A stretch of DNA of 64,000 nt, from contig NC_092671.1 of the NCBI RefSeq assembly GCF_964355755.1, positions 7,378,001-7,442,000 of the forward strand, written 5' to 3'. Numbering within the stretch: the first letter of the stretch is position 1; each line of letters opens with the position of its first letter. The notes under the pieces were generated by a model that saw only the letters and a program-made list of their open reading frames with translations, searched no databases and was not told the origin of the DNA. This stretch comes from Antedon mediterranea (Eukaryota; Animalia; Echinodermata). A program made the position numbers and the translations under genes. Below are positions 35,914 to 51,500 of the stretch, piece after piece.

Positions 35914-37908
35914 TCTTTCTTTGTAAAACTACAGTATTACAAATGTTTGCCATTTGTTTGATAAGCAAGTGGTTGTTAATTATTAAATACTGTATCCACT
36001 CTTTTATTGCCCTTCCCCAGCATACAGACCTGACCCTTGGAAATGATAACTTATATACAATGTTTACTTGCATAATTCCATTAATTTTGTTCAAATGAAA
36101 TCAAAGCTGGTGCTATAAGCTGGTGCTAGCCTTACAATCTACGGATAATATGGGGAATCACTATAAAGCTGAACTTATTCCCAATTTCCCTCCCTTAGCA
36201 TTAGTAGAGACATATACAAAGAACTATGGAACATTATTATATTAGGCTTCTAAATCTCACTTTATCCACTTTATATGTTGTTTTGTATGTTAAATATTTG
36301 AAACAGATTAAGCATATTATTAATAATACCGTAAATTAATTGTGTTTATCTATTTTTCATTTGACAGAAATTGTTTTTTCTCTCAAACTTTTTTGAAAAC
36401 TTCTCTAACGAAATTTATTCTTACATAAAATCAATCAAAATTACCAGCGAGTAGGACCTAACACAGAAGACACAAATGATATTAATTAAAATTTTGCATG
36501 TATGCACAAAATGCGAAAATCATTGAAGTAGATAATTAGCTAGGATAATAGCAAACCATTGTTAAATAAAAAATGATAATTATTAAATATTTATGATATT
36601 TTGAATATTTACAAGTTTTTTTATTTGAATTAGTTGGCATGATTTTCATTTTAAATGATCTAAAAAAAAACATGACAGAATATTGATACTACAAATTATG
36701 TAATAATTTTTTTTTATAAAAAAGATCAGTCAATATCAATCCATCTTTAATAATACAAGATATATATCAACTGATGTAGATATAACATCCGGCATTTATA
36801 GGTTATATTCCGTTGGGACTATCCAATGACTAAGAATTAGACTAGAAGATAGTATCATATGATGTGTAATTTAATGGCAATCTATCTTGTTAGAGTAACT
36901 AATTAATCAAAACCTTCAATGCCTGTTATTGTTCATCTACAACTTATACCACACAAGCTTTTAAGCTTTTAAAACATTTGATATTATTACGAAAAAGAAA
37001 TAATACACAAAATATAATTTGTACGAGTTATGAGAATTTATTATTGACATATTGAAACAATTTTCAATGGAGTGGAAGATTAATGACTCAAGCCCACCTT
37101 TTGGGAGTCACTCCAAATTGAGAGTGTTCCAATACGCATGTGTATATAGTCCATTTCACAAGATCATCATACTGTGATAAAATCATGCCAGCTTATAATG
37201 TGAATGGGTCTAAACACCAAATTCTGTTATTTACACAGACGTAAGAAAATCGCTCTATATTTCTTTTGTCATCTTTAGCCAAAACGATTTAAAAGGATCT
37301 GCTTGATAACACACAGCGAACCATACCAAACAAATACATTATAATTATGTTATTATTTTCTTAATCAAATCACATCCAGAGGCAGAAACACAGCCGAATG
37401 GAATTTATATCTTTTTCTATTCTATTGATTTATCTATTTTCTATTGATACTCAACTATAAGACTTTATTTATGTTTATGTGTAGGCTCTAGAGCATCTTT
37501 TGTATATGTTTGTCTTGTGAAGGATTGCCACCTATAAGAAGGATAGTGCACGAATTTATTTATGGTTATCCTTGGCAATTTGCCTAAATATATAAAAACA
37601 AAACAAACAAAACAAAAAGCTTTTTCTTTTCAGTTTTTTTTTAAAACTTATCATGTACAATGTAATGTGTTTTGGAAACTCAGCCCCAAAGCCCTTTTTG
37701 GCTTACTTGAGTATCCACACATAAATGAACAAGATTGCAACAAGGTTATCTTATGATTTATTATCTTATGTGAAATAATAAAATAAATGAATAAATTAAT
37801 ATTGGCCAGAAGTAGAAGTATCTCTTGGCCTGCCCTGCCAATTCCCAGCTCTCAGGCTATGATGGCAGTGTGAAGGATAAAAAGCAGCATCTAAAAGTTG
37901 CCCAGAAA

Positions 37909-38063
37909 TAACCGGTTAAATGGCGTTCTAACACGAAATTGAATGGGTGTTTTTAACCGGTTATTTTGCACTGTCTTTTAACCGAAACCACAAAATTTTC
38001 CTGTTTCTGCTTCCAAGAAATTTACACCATTTTCAACCGGTTATTTTTATGCATTAACCGGAC
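37909..38063. promoter_or_regulatory. Cluster of AACCGGTT (Grainyhead/CP2-like) palindromes
   Basis: TAACCGGTTA at 37909 and 37954, CAACCGGTTA at 38034, half-sites near 37979 and 38055. Confidence 0.4.
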
Positions 38064-38552
38064 CCATGTCTCCTAGTTTCTAAAACCTTCATCATGCGCT
38101 TTATTGCCAATTCTTTGCTCAAATTACAGAGTAAAAAACCACAATAATAACAACGTAATGCTTAAAAATAAGATAATAATCCAGTTTATCATATTTCACA
38201 TAAAACAAACATCCAATATATTAAATCTTCGCTATAATGAGAAACGGTATACAGTATTAAGAAAAAGTATGAAAGATTAAATTGAAATTGAATTTATATA
38301 TTTACGTTAACAATTCTTATAACATTTTCATTTCATAGCATAAGGTATAAATTCTGAGAGTAAAATCACTTTTGGATATTCAATGTGATTTGTAATTTTA
38401 TTTTCTAGATCAAGCGTGAATTTGTATTTTACAAAATGTGCCAAAATTGTGTTTAATATTTTGCCGTGTCATTGATTCTCAGTTTGATATTCTTGGTTTT
38501 ATTGTAACACTCCTTGTCTGTTGTAAGTTTCTTTTTGTTTTTTGATTTGAAA

Positions 38553-38705
38553 CATTCTTTTAAATTAATAAAGTACAGTAATAGAAAGTGAATTAATGTT
38601 TTAACAAAGAAAATAATGTTAAACATTGGAACGTTCTTTTAAAATTAATAAAGTAAAGTAATAGAAAGTAATGTAATATTGTAACAAAGAAAATAACGTT
38701 TACAT
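38553..38705. repeat. About 78-bp tandem duplication
   Basis: TTCTTTTAAATTAATAAAGTA.AGTAATAGAAAGT...TAACAAAGAAAATAA occurs twice. Confidence 0.8.
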
Positions 38706-41700
38706 ATCACAAACCAGCATTAAAAAAACCCCATTATTATCATTTTTAAATCTCATTAATGGATAATACTTTCGTACCTCATCTATTCTATCCTTTCTAA
38801 TTTCCCAACCATTTTTAACATCATTAATAATAATTCAGTATTCAGAGCGTTTATTGACATTTTACTTTCAGAAGAAAAAAAATCAACACCGGATTACAAT
38901 ATATTTGGATGTTATGATAGATTACACTGGATACTCAAAAGAGAAGATTTATATAGCCTAGGTGTTAAAGTTATCCATCGATTTTATCGTTAGGTATGAT
39001 AAGGAAAAAATGAAATTCATCTTTGTTTTTTAATATTTATCCCTTATACTGATATCTATAAATATACATTTCTCTCTCAAAGACTGTTACAAGCCACTCT
39101 TGATGGAAATATAGCGATTCTATTGAAGGTCCAATTATAATCCTAGTACCCTAGATTCAAAATAGGTGTGGACTTCTTTACAATTGAGGCTTGCCCCAAT
39201 ACAATAAAAACGCACACAACTCCACCAAAGGTACTCAAGGAAATTATTAAAATCAAAGGTACTTTTTTAATCAAACCTAAATACAGACCAGTACAAATGT
39301 TATCTTTGGTAATCCACAAAATTAGACTTGCTTTAATATATTTAGGTTTTAGTTGTCATTTATAATTAATTTATAAGCTAGTCCAATCTACATTTATAAC
39401 GTCTTTTAGAATACTATATTACAATGTCATGGTCACACAGATAGAGTGATTTTATGATAAAATTAAGCATTGTTATTCTAAACTATTTACAAGATAATAA
39501 ATTAATCCAGTTTTCTCACTAAAAACCTTTTTATATCCTGAATATATGAAACACTAATAACAACAGCTTGCTTGATATTAACATGACCTATGTAGTATAT
39601 GAGAAATGTATGGTGAAATGCATTTATATTTCTGCATATCATCACAATCGGTCTAATGAAGTTATTGATATATGGTCTTGTTAATTTTACATATGACTAA
39701 ATGATATCCTTAGAGATATGAATGCAGAAATTTGTCTCTATATTAATGATATGAAATCTTCTGGACGGCTTTTTTTTTCTTTATTGTTGCTCTTGGTTCT
39801 TAATTGCATTATAGAACAGAATGATGGCATTTGTTAGTGGCACTGTAGAATAATACCAGATTTCTTTCTAAGTATTGGTTTCAACTTTGGTCTCGTCTAT
39901 GTTTGTTCTAAAATGCAATCTAAACATCATTGAGACAGAACAGTATGAAACTGCAATATTTTTACACAGGTCAAAGGAAGGTTCGCCACAAATATACCAA
40001 CTTAAGTACCTGTAACTACAGTTCGGGTTTTGTTTGCCTGCTCTGCCAGAAAAATAACTATTTTGTTACTAGCTATATAGGCCTATCTAACATAACAACC
40101 CAAAATGGTTGTACAAATTAAATCCCAAATGAACGTCTGTAAACTACTCTACAACAGTGAAACAAAGGAGAAATCAAAGACCATTTTTATAAACTAAATA
40201 AATGTTAATTTCTTTTTAATTCCTGCTATTGAGAAAGAAATGAAATGTGTCTAACATTAATTATTTAAAACTTATTTGTGTTTGTTAAATTCAAACAAAA
40301 CATTGTATAGGAAGATGCTACAGCATATTAAATTATAATGGTTATTTTTGTACACTGGAATACAATATATAAACTGGTATAGCAACAACATTTATTTACC
40401 CAACTTAAATATTAACTACTAATTATCATAACCTCATTCACAGTGATATTAATAATTTACAACCATGAAACACAATGTATGGTATATTAATAAATTTCAA
40501 GACAACATTGAATTCAAGGACTTAAAGCAATTAAAATGAACAGCCATATTGAAATGTGTTTATGCTTCATTTATTATATACCCATGTAGAGTACAATGTA
40601 GAATGGATGATAATAGTCATATTTAATAGTTAAAACAAATATAATTTCTATAATTTGAAATATTATAATTATTAATATTCTTTTTGACAATATTTTATAG
40701 TTTTTATTTTCTTGTCATGGCGACAACTGCCTTCAGGTGTTGATCAATGCTTAAAGTAATTAGTAGGCTACTTATTTTGATATCCTTTCACATATTATCC
40801 TCTTGTATCTTTTTTTCTTTTCTAAAGTATAAATATCTGTTCTTTTTTGTGTGGAAAATAAATGAATGAATAATTCTAAAATACTGTATTTGTATGTTGT
40901 GTGTTGCTATAAAATTATGTTCTACAGTAATTTTTTTTTTTTCTAAAGAAAATAAAGTGCAAAGGATGTAATTAGGTTCTGATGTGTGAAAATGAAACAG
41001 TCACTACACACACTTCCAAAACAAAGCAACTACTAAAATAGCCAATTGTCTTGAAAGACTTACAACAAAATAAGACGTTTTAATTTTAGCTACATTTCGC
41101 ATCTCTTTTGCGCATGAATCATTTTGTTTACAACGTGTTATAGCAGATGTGGGTGAAAAACAAAACTATAAATGCATTTAAATTGATATCATTTTAAAGT
41201 AGTTTAACAAAATAAAGTTGACATTTCATTTATTTTATATACTGTATTTCTGTAACTTAATATTTAAAATGACGATGTGTTTCTGAACAAAATCATCTAT
41301 AAACTAGCTAACGTATATTATGAACATCAATTTATCTAATTCAAACACTTGACAGATTTATTAAAAACCAGGAAAGTAAAAATAAAAGCACCGTATTTTG
41401 ATCAAAATTGTAAAACGAAGCTGATGCAAATATAATCTCATAATCTACCTTGCCGGAAAAACATGGTATTCATATTTTTACATCACTACAAATCCGAAAG
41501 CAATTTCTCAATTACAAGTTAGAAATTTCTTGCATTAGATACTAATAGCTTAGAATACACAAGGTATCATCTTCCCAGATAAACAAACAAATTAAAAAAT
41601 AAAATTACTTTATTCCATTTTATATTTCGTATGCTTTCCTAATGAAATTGTTGAGATGATCAAAATCGTTGCCTTGTACTTTATAGTATAAAAATAAATT

Positions 41701-42389
41701 TCAAAAATTAAAATTTATTTAAAAAGAAAAAAAAAATGCAATGCAATTAATCAAAATAATTATAATCAAATTATATGACATTTGTGATAATTTAAAAAAA
41801 TAGGCCGGACTAAGTTAATAAACAAAATATTCAACTAATTTCAAATGCATATATATCCATGGCAAATATTTGAAATGAAAATGCAATTAGAAGCATAGAA
41901 CATGTATATTAAAGTCAAATATAAGAAGCATTATGCGTTTAGTAAAATCTGAAGAGAACGTTAATTAGATCTGTTCCAAGGGAAGGTCACAACACAAGAT
42001 CATGATCGCCATTCACTGCTATTATTTTCTTCTACGTCACACATTCTGGCATAAATATTAAAAACAGATTATAAGAACAAAGAATATTTTCTTTTAAGAT
42101 TTTGGTACAAATATTGTATAAATGAATTTAGGAATCTCACTCATTCACGGTGCTGTACTGTATCTCAACAAATGAGAATATTTGTCCAGCATCATATATT
42201 AATAGGTAAGGGTTATGTTGGGGTCTCTGATATAGGCATCACATGTGAAACACATATGGTGCTGTATTGCAGAATTTGCCTTGATACAGGGGAAACTTTA
42301 GATATGGTACTGGGGATCAGCTGTGAATCTGAAGATTTTAATGTTATATACTATATAATTGAATGAATATTTAGATGCATTGTAGATTA

Positions 42390-42545
42390 AGCGTGGTTCC
42401 CACTAGCGACGCGAACGCAAGGACGTAACGCAACGCAAGTGAATTGACCAATCACAAGCGATGGCTTATTCGCTTGTGATTGCTAACTGCCTATAACTTG
42501 CGTTGCGTTTACGTCCTTGCGTTACGTTCTAGTGAGAACCAAGCT
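42390..42545. mobile_element. Near-palindromic PIF/Harbinger-type MITE
   Basis: TIR AGCGTGGTTCCCACTAG / CTAGTGAGAACCAAGCT, exact TTA duplication, inverted symmetry across most of its length. Confidence 0.92.
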
Positions 42546-45500
42546 TTAGATAGACCTGGTTAATCATGATTTTGGAATACCAAACATTAACAATTTTGCT
42601 TTTAATATCCTATAAAAATAATTTATTATCAATTACAGCGCACAAAATTGACAAATTGTATAATTTTGTATTTTGCTCAGTATTATTTTGGACAATACAG
42701 TACAATATTAACAAGATTATATTGACTTATTACTATTAGAGCAAAGTTTAAACATCGAGCTACTGTATAATAGCTCCATGGTTTAAATAGTAAATATATC
42801 AATATTTCGTATTAGATATTATTATCTTTGTTTGTTATACATTTATCTACACTACTTAACCTGTCCAGGACGATATATGATAATACATAACATCAACAGT
42901 ACATCCTTGTTAGTGTTAACATAGAGCAATAAACATATTGTTATGTTGCTTTATAACCCATACAGTCTTGTAACTGTATATGGTATTTATTCAAATTCTG
43001 ATATTGATTCAATTATTCGAGGTCACATAATTTTTGTTAGGCTTCCTTTGTTCTGTGATATTCGAGTGCACATAGTCTGATCAAAAAAACTTCCTTTCAA
43101 AAATAAACTGAACAATAAATGCTCCTTTTAGATTGGATTTTATGAAGTCAGAATGCATTTTGATCATACCTAACAGAGTACACAGTTAAATTTGCCATGC
43201 TTGCTGTACTAATGTACTAACAAGCAAAGTACAGGTCAACCTTTAGTTTTTAATTACGTAAATGTTTTATTAATGGCAAAATACTTTTAATTTAATTTGC
43301 AGATGCAAAATCTTTAAAAATACAATCCGACAACGGAAAACATAAATTTGGATGCATATTTTATAAGTATCAGCAGCTATAATTCCAGCGACTCATTATG
43401 CAAGGATATGCACACAATTTTTGTTTTGCCGTGTATTCTGTTGATGTCAATATCTACAAAAATGGGGTTAATATTTGCTATACATTGGAAATATGTATTT
43501 TATACAGGGAGGTTCATTTGTACACAATGGGGACAAATCCTCGTCAGATAGGCCTATTTATCATCACTATCGCTGGTGGTCCCCAATTTCAATAGGGCAC
43601 TTGAAGAAAAAAAGGGGTTCAAGTTGTTTATACACATTAGAACTAAAAGATACATTACTAGATATTTTGAGAACCTAAAAGAGAGATTTTTAATCCAAAA
43701 CAAAAATTAATTTTTAAATATTGAAATATTCATGTTTTAATAATTTATACAAATTAAAAAAAGATAATAATATGATGACCCTGTGAACCTTCATTTAAAA
43801 TTAAATACTTTATAATATGATCTAAACCACTCTAAATTGACATTGTACATTCATTATTAATTGCAAATATCAAATTATTGCTACAAGGCATTAATGAAAA
43901 GGAAATAGATGTTAGATTTAAAGTCATTTCTAGTGGCAATAACAAGTATTTGCCAAAAAATGTCTACCCAAAATGCATCTGGTAAACCTAGGTTCTTTAA
44001 AATTAGTAGTTTTGAAATGTTAATTGTTTAAGAAAAATCTAAAAAATATAGATTGAATTGTACCAGCACAACAGACATGAAAGTGAACAGTATACATTTG
44101 AGAATATGAATACCTTTATTCTTTGTTGTACTGTATCATATCATATCATATCATATTAGTGAAAATCAGTGTTTAAATAAAGAGAAATGATGAAATGGGG
44201 TTTTAAGAACAATAATTATGATTTTAATCAGAAATTTTGAAGTGAAAAACATAAATTAAAGGGGTAACTGCTGTTTAAAAATAAATTGATGAAATTCTAA
44301 TCAAAGATAGTATGTAAATAAATCATTAAATTAACAGTTAAGTTCATAATTATATTCTTTTATACGAGTGATTTAATTTGATTTATCAGTATCAGCTGAA
44401 TTAGGAGCAAATTTTATTTACATAGGTCATGTTTAAAAACATAAAAATGGAAATACCAACAATATGGAACTAAAATTATTATTGTTTTCTCGTTTTACTG
44501 TTGTCATTCGCATGTTATAATTGGAGATTGGCGGTCTCTAGTCACTACTAACAATGTAATAATAAATAACAAATAGTATTAGATTAACTTTGTATGTTGT
44601 AAGCAAGTACCTCGTAGATAACAGTGAATTACGTACTATTAATCCCAATAGAACTCCGTCAATGCGGCATGCTTAAGACTGTCACTTTTACGATGGACGA
44701 CACTTAAGATGAATAAAATTTATATTTTATTTTATATATAAATTTATGTGATTCAGTTTAAAGACATTTGTTTTAAGTGCCTTGATAAAAAGATGTATCA
44801 GGATTTACCGCTAAAAATTGACAATAAAAGAATAAAATGCATTAAAAACAATTCAGTATTAAACCTAAACATACAATCAAACAATTATTATTAGTTTTAC
44901 TATATATTAGTACAAAACAATAATAATTATAAACAATATTTATTTTGTAACTGAAACTCACTGAAAAAGTGTGTTCCAACTTCTACTACAGCTGTACCAA
45001 AGAAAATAATGTATTATTAAAACGATAACAACGAACACTATATTAAAACTTTTTATCAAAAGTCAATTACATAAATAAAAGTAAATTAAATTGAATTGAG
45101 ATAAGAAAACTTTTTTTTAAAGACAACACAGTATTAGAATCTATCATTAGACAAATAATTATGAAAAAGATGTTTATTTTTGCCTAACCTACAAAACGGC
45201 ATAAATACATGACATTATACTATAATTGTCTTATTGTTTTTTCAATGAAGACAATAAAAGACAGTGAGTCATTCAATGGAGTCAAAAGTATCATAGAAGT
45301 ACTATAAATCACATTTCTATCAAGAAAATTAAGATTAGGTTTATTTTAGTTTGTTACTCATCACAAATGTATTGTAGTAGGCCTTATATAGGAAATCAGA
45401 AAAATAATAAATAATAAAGATAATTCTAAATTGTTTGAAATGGTTCAAGAGTACAGTCATTCAACTGATCAATTATTAGTTTTGTATGTACCAGTTTTAT

Positions 45501-48500
45501 TACAGTACAGTGCCTGTTATGTAAAAACTCAAAGGAGAAGTCTGTGAAAACGTCTGTGAAGAAGTCTTTGAAGTCATCTCTACAGAAGGGCTGGTTCCTT
45601 GTATTTTGAATTGATTTAAAATCAGAATACTTGGAAAGGAAGACCCAAAAAAAGATGAAAAAAATACTGAAGCCATGATAAATATAAGCATTTTTCAATT
45701 ATAATTATTTTCTTTAATTATTAATTAGGAAAATAAATAACTATACAAGTAAGACTAAATTCAAATTCAAAACAAATATTGCAGTTTTTTTGGAAGTTCT
45801 ATGGAATTATTTTGCATAATGAATCTAAAACCAACTTGTGAAATGTTATCTTTTATAATGTTGCAGAGTGACGACAGAATTCCTTGGGGAAATCACATTC
45901 ATACATCATTCCACTTTTTCCATTTTCACATCATAAATGCAAACTGTTTCCGCTGCCATAATGAATGTATACCATTTCTTGACAACCATGTTCTAATTAC
46001 ATTTGGTAATTCGGATTCATTTCAGATGTTCTTTTGCTAAATTACATCGACTAGATAAAGGTTATCAAAAAGTACAGGAAACATATTTGATATGGAATTG
46101 TTCATCTCAAATGAGAAATATCTATGATTTTCTACATCCCAAGGTTAACAACATCTGACTGAATATTGCTGCCAAAATGAGATATTATGTATAAGAGAAT
46201 TTAAATAAAAGAAAAATAAAATTTGGCAAAATGAAAGCACTTTAAAATAACTTAACATTAAACTCTAAAGTATGTATTTGGCTAATGTTGAACAAGGTTG
46301 TTTTTTTTATATTACAAGCCATGCCAGTAGTTTTTTCAGAAAATCCTCCTTTCGTTTATCCTAAGTGTAATATGATATTGTATTAATTTTTAATTTTTTT
46401 TTTTGGAAGAATGGAAATTAATGATGGATTTGAAATATATTATATTTTCCATTTCTAAATTTTTAAATTTAAATATTCTCTATGATTTTATCAGACAACA
46501 TGACTGGAAACAAACTGAATAAAAAAGAAAGTGGGATTATGATGATGTTGTGAATGAGATCTTCAAATGTAATTCCAACAACAACGACCAAATATTTGTC
46601 TGCTCAAGAATACAGAACCCTCTCCATCCGATATTCATATACAGATTAACAAATTTGTGTTAACGCTTTGCTTTCCAATTGGATTTATTGATAAATACAC
46701 TTCTCTTCCATGCTCAATTAAATAATTGAATTTATTCTAAAAACTAAAAACTCATTACTATGATCATGTACTTTAAATTGAATCTACTTTTAAAAAAACA
46801 ATTCAAATTCTCAGTACATATCAGCACATGGACAGATTGCAATGCGAAATATAAAGACGTGGTTGACGAGAAGCAATCACATCTAATGCCTTTGGGGTTG
46901 TTAAAGAAACTCTACATTTATAGTTCTTTGAACTTAAAACACTGAATGTTCAATTCAAGCGTTTCCGTAATTTCATCTCATCAATAACGTCGCAACTCGG
47001 GGGCTCGGTATAACTTATAACCAGATCAAATATAAAGGATAATGATGATTATCATTATATTGCTGTACTATAACCTGCAAAATTAAAATTTGCGTTGTAG
47101 GCAACGATTAGCGCCATCACCAAGGGAGTCATCACATGCACGATTTTTTTTTTTAATTTAAAAACAATTTACATAATACGAAAAATTAATATTCTAAACT
47201 ATACTAATTTTAATTATAATGTAAAGCTTTGTCTTATGAATACAACTATTCAAAAGATCAAAGGTCAATAATATGTTAACAGTTAATTTCATACAAAATA
47301 ATTCATGCAAAATTATCTTAGTTTTCATTTTAAATATTTTAATTTGTATGATGTTATCATGAAAAATATAAGGACAACTTAAAAAAAGATAAAGACATTA
47401 GAAAAGTAAAAACATTATTTAAATCCTACTCCACTTGTTCCGAAACGAACATTAAACATTTGCATCTATAATCCCTTTGAACATTATTAATCTCTCATCA
47501 TAAACTCCTCAAATAATTGGATAGAAAACGCTCGCATATCACTCTTGTTGTCAATTCTCACGAGACAAATGTTCGCTTTGCTAATGTAATTTTGTTGATG
47601 AATTCGTGATTCGTAGTCGTTTCTTCTACAGATAAAGACATTTTTTTCCTTTAACTACTGCCTTTCAATATAGCAAAGAATTATGAAATATAAAAAGGTA
47701 GTTTTGTGATTCACAACCTAAATGCGTCAATAACAATCGTTGAATGTTTATGCTAGGAATTAATGTAAAGATCCATATGGAAAAGGTCTTGTGGCATAAA
47801 AGAGCCGTGATGGAATGAAGAAGTATGTAAACATAACATGAACAGTTCAAAGACAAAATATATTAAACATTGCATTTTACTAATAAAGAATTTTAAATAG
47901 TAGTTTTAATGTTAAAATAGTACTGATATATAATTACAGTAGCAATTAATATCAAAATGTAAAATATTTAACCATAGTTCTGTTGTGCAATGTTCTGTAT
48001 GTCTGTATCCTCTCTTATGGCTATTTTAGTTTTGTCCAGGTAACCTGGGCACGAAACAGATTTTATTTTACTATTACGAGACAATACTTATGGTAAAAAA
48101 TCTAAAAATTAGGGCTTTTCTTTTAACGCTTGTGCTGTTGTGTTTCATTTTCCTTAAATCATATTTGACAAAAATAGAACACTGTGGTATAAAAGTCAAA
48201 CTTTTTTTATGTATTTTATGTTTCTTGTTCTCTGGTGGCACTCATTTAATAAGACCTAGGCCTACTGTAGATAAATTGGTTTGTGACAAATATAGAACTC
48301 TGCAAGTGCAACATAAAGGATGTATGTATTACTGTGTCTAATCCCTGGCACTGATTTAAGAATATTACAGTATGTGTATTAATGTATTGTGTGTCAAAAA
48401 TAGGACACGGACAGGTTTACTTGTACTTTTTTTCACCTAGTCACTCACTCATATGACTTCCCTTAAAAGAAAGTTTCAAAATCAATTAAACTGGTTTCTT

Positions 48501-51500
48501 TTCTTAATTTTATGATTCATGTTTTCAAATGTTTTACCTGTCAGGAAGTGTTGATGGGGTTTTTCTTTAACAGAGCTGTTTAGTAGTATGGCTTCCATCA
48601 CTCTATATTATTGACTATCCCTTACATATTAAATCATCATCATCATCACCACAATTATCATAAATTCTGAGAATCCTAGTCATAATGAAAATGTTTTTTT
48701 AAATATGAATATTGTTGGAAATAAGTACATTTTCTTTAAATACAATAGACAACTGTTCTTAATAATAGCATTATGATTTTAATTTGATTAAGAAAAAGGG
48801 GATAATGATACTGATTACTTTATTAAAACTATACAGTAAAAGATTTCCAATAATGAATGGATATTTAAACTCTAAAAAATTTGAATTTTATACTGTAATA
48901 GATTTTTTTAATAGCAATACTAACTGCAGGTGATCAGGAATTTATTTGTTGAATTCCCATTATTTTCATTTCCTATTTTTGTCTGAAAAACATTCAAACA
49001 ATATATGGTACACATGAGTATTCAATATACCACAGAAAAAAAGAGATATCGACTGAATTCTTCAGCAAACACTAATAGAATACAGATTTGCCAAAATGGC
49101 GTCAGACACAGAAATCACCTTACATTCATGTTTAATACAGTACATATGATCCTTTTTCGCATTTATCTAGCAGTCTTGTAACCATATACACTTCCTTTGC
49201 TAGTGACTCTGCATGTGGCAGTTATTATGAATAAACCTTTTCAGATCCTGAGGCCGTGGTTTCTAGTCAACAACTTGTTTTCCTATAAAACATCTATTTT
49301 CTAAGAATAATCATTATAACATTTATATGCTAATTCATATTTTTAAATCAGTTATTACAAGCTTTTACAGTATAAGAGTTTTAAAATCAACGAAAATGCG
49401 TGTTGATATATTTTAAAGATTTCTTTTATAGCATCGGAGAGTAAATAAGTGAAAACTGATTTGTTTGACCTTTGTCGCATGGGAAGTTGATAACTTGTGC
49501 GATAGTATATATTTAAATGAGTAATTTGATCTTTTAATTGACTTTTATACTAAATTTCTATCTTGTATTTCTTTTCATAGCAAATAGTTTTAGTTTATAT
49601 TGGTTTTTTTTATTTAAAACAGTTCATGTGAATCTAATAGGTGAAAGACGATCGAATTCTCTATTATTACCTCTGCCAAAGAGGTTATATTTTATATTTT
49701 ACTAGTCTAACAAATTTCCAAAACAAAAATACTTTGGAGAATAAAATTAATTTAAAAAGCAGTATTAAATATTCATTTAGAATTATCACTGTTACGCTGC
49801 ATAAATACTGAAAATGCATAAGATTCCATTAAAAAAGGAAAAATGCTACAAAACAAGCAATTACATTTTTTTTTTCATATTCTCAAAGGACGTTATAATC
49901 TATTTAAATTTAGTATCATTGGTGAAAACAGAAAATATTTGCAGCCAATTTTCAAGCACATACTTATGCCAACAATGTTATGATCACAGCAATATGAATC
50001 AATAAGACATAACACAATGTCAAGGTCACCAAAATGAAAAATACAGTTTATAGGCATGTCTGCATATAAAGCAAATACTGTATGTGTGTTTGGATATATC
50101 CAAATTATTTTCCAGGAAGAAGGAATCATTTTCCCTTTTTATTATAAATAAACAAGTATACGACCGAGTATCCCATGTTCGAATATAATCCCTTATCCTA
50201 ATTTAGAAGAGAAAAAAACCTCCATAAATACTGAACATTGTTATGCATGTAACCAAATTTTCGTATCCAGGCCAACTCATATATCATTAAAAAAAATCAC
50301 ATTTTTTTGGCAAGTATTTCTGGTGGTATTAAATTCCTGGAAAGTGAAGGGATTTCCAGGAAAAAGACATATTACAATTCTGGCTACACGCTCAATTGTA
50401 AACGATGACATATTTCGAGATGTTACACTACTTCTACTATACCTTTAGTATGTTTGACAGGGTTGAAATGTATGACTTATATATTGATAGGTTTATTGAT
50501 AGGTTTATTGTTAAATTCATTAACCAATAAATGCACTATATGCTAAGCCATAAAACTGACCATCTTATCTCAGCATCAAAGTCTTTTAACGAGATACAGT
50601 ACAATTTGAGGTTTAGAAATGATTAAGAAACAACAAGCAATATAACATTCGACGACGATACGTAACCTTCAACTCTTCTGTCAATCTAGAGAACGGCTTA
50701 ATGGCGGATCACATCATATAAAAATCTTGTATTTGAATTCAAGTACTGCAAATACATATCATTAACGGTCAAAAACGGTATTCTTCTATACTACAATCAT
50801 CATCAATTAGGGATTAGCTTCAATTATTGTTAAATAATTTCAATATCATTTACAAGTATTGATGTTCAATTTCTAAAGTGGTCCCTAAAATCTGTCATTA
50901 AACAAAAGAGTCTGAATCTGCTGTACACTAATGCATTGTTTGATATTTTGTGTTTCACTTTTTATATTATTTTCTAATTTTATAGCAAGAAATTTTTTTA
51001 TTATTTTCCAATTCATAATAGGTTATAAAACCTCTTATGTCACCCAACTGTAGCTCATCTTCAATATTAAATAAAAATATTTAATAAATTTGTTTTTTTC
51101 ATGTTTTTGTACACATATAGTATTATAGTTGATACACCACAGTACAAAAAAACAACATACAGTACTTTAACCCTGGACTAACTAAATTGTACTGGTATTA
51201 AAAAAAAAATAATAATAATTATACTGTATTATTAGTATATAAGTTCTGCGGTACCAACTGTAGTCTTAATACAAAATTTGGGAGTAGAGTTTCTTGTCAT
51301 GTAAATGGTGCAAAAATTATCAAGAAACGTATTATATAATCCGACATCCATTAAAAATAACAAAATTGTAAAAACAAACAATACACAAAGTAATATTATG
51401 TATCTCATTATAATGAAAGTTCATTTAATAAGATCATCAGCGACAGAAAGTGAAAATATTTTAATTTACTTCCTTGGGTTAGTAACTAACGTATCAGAAG

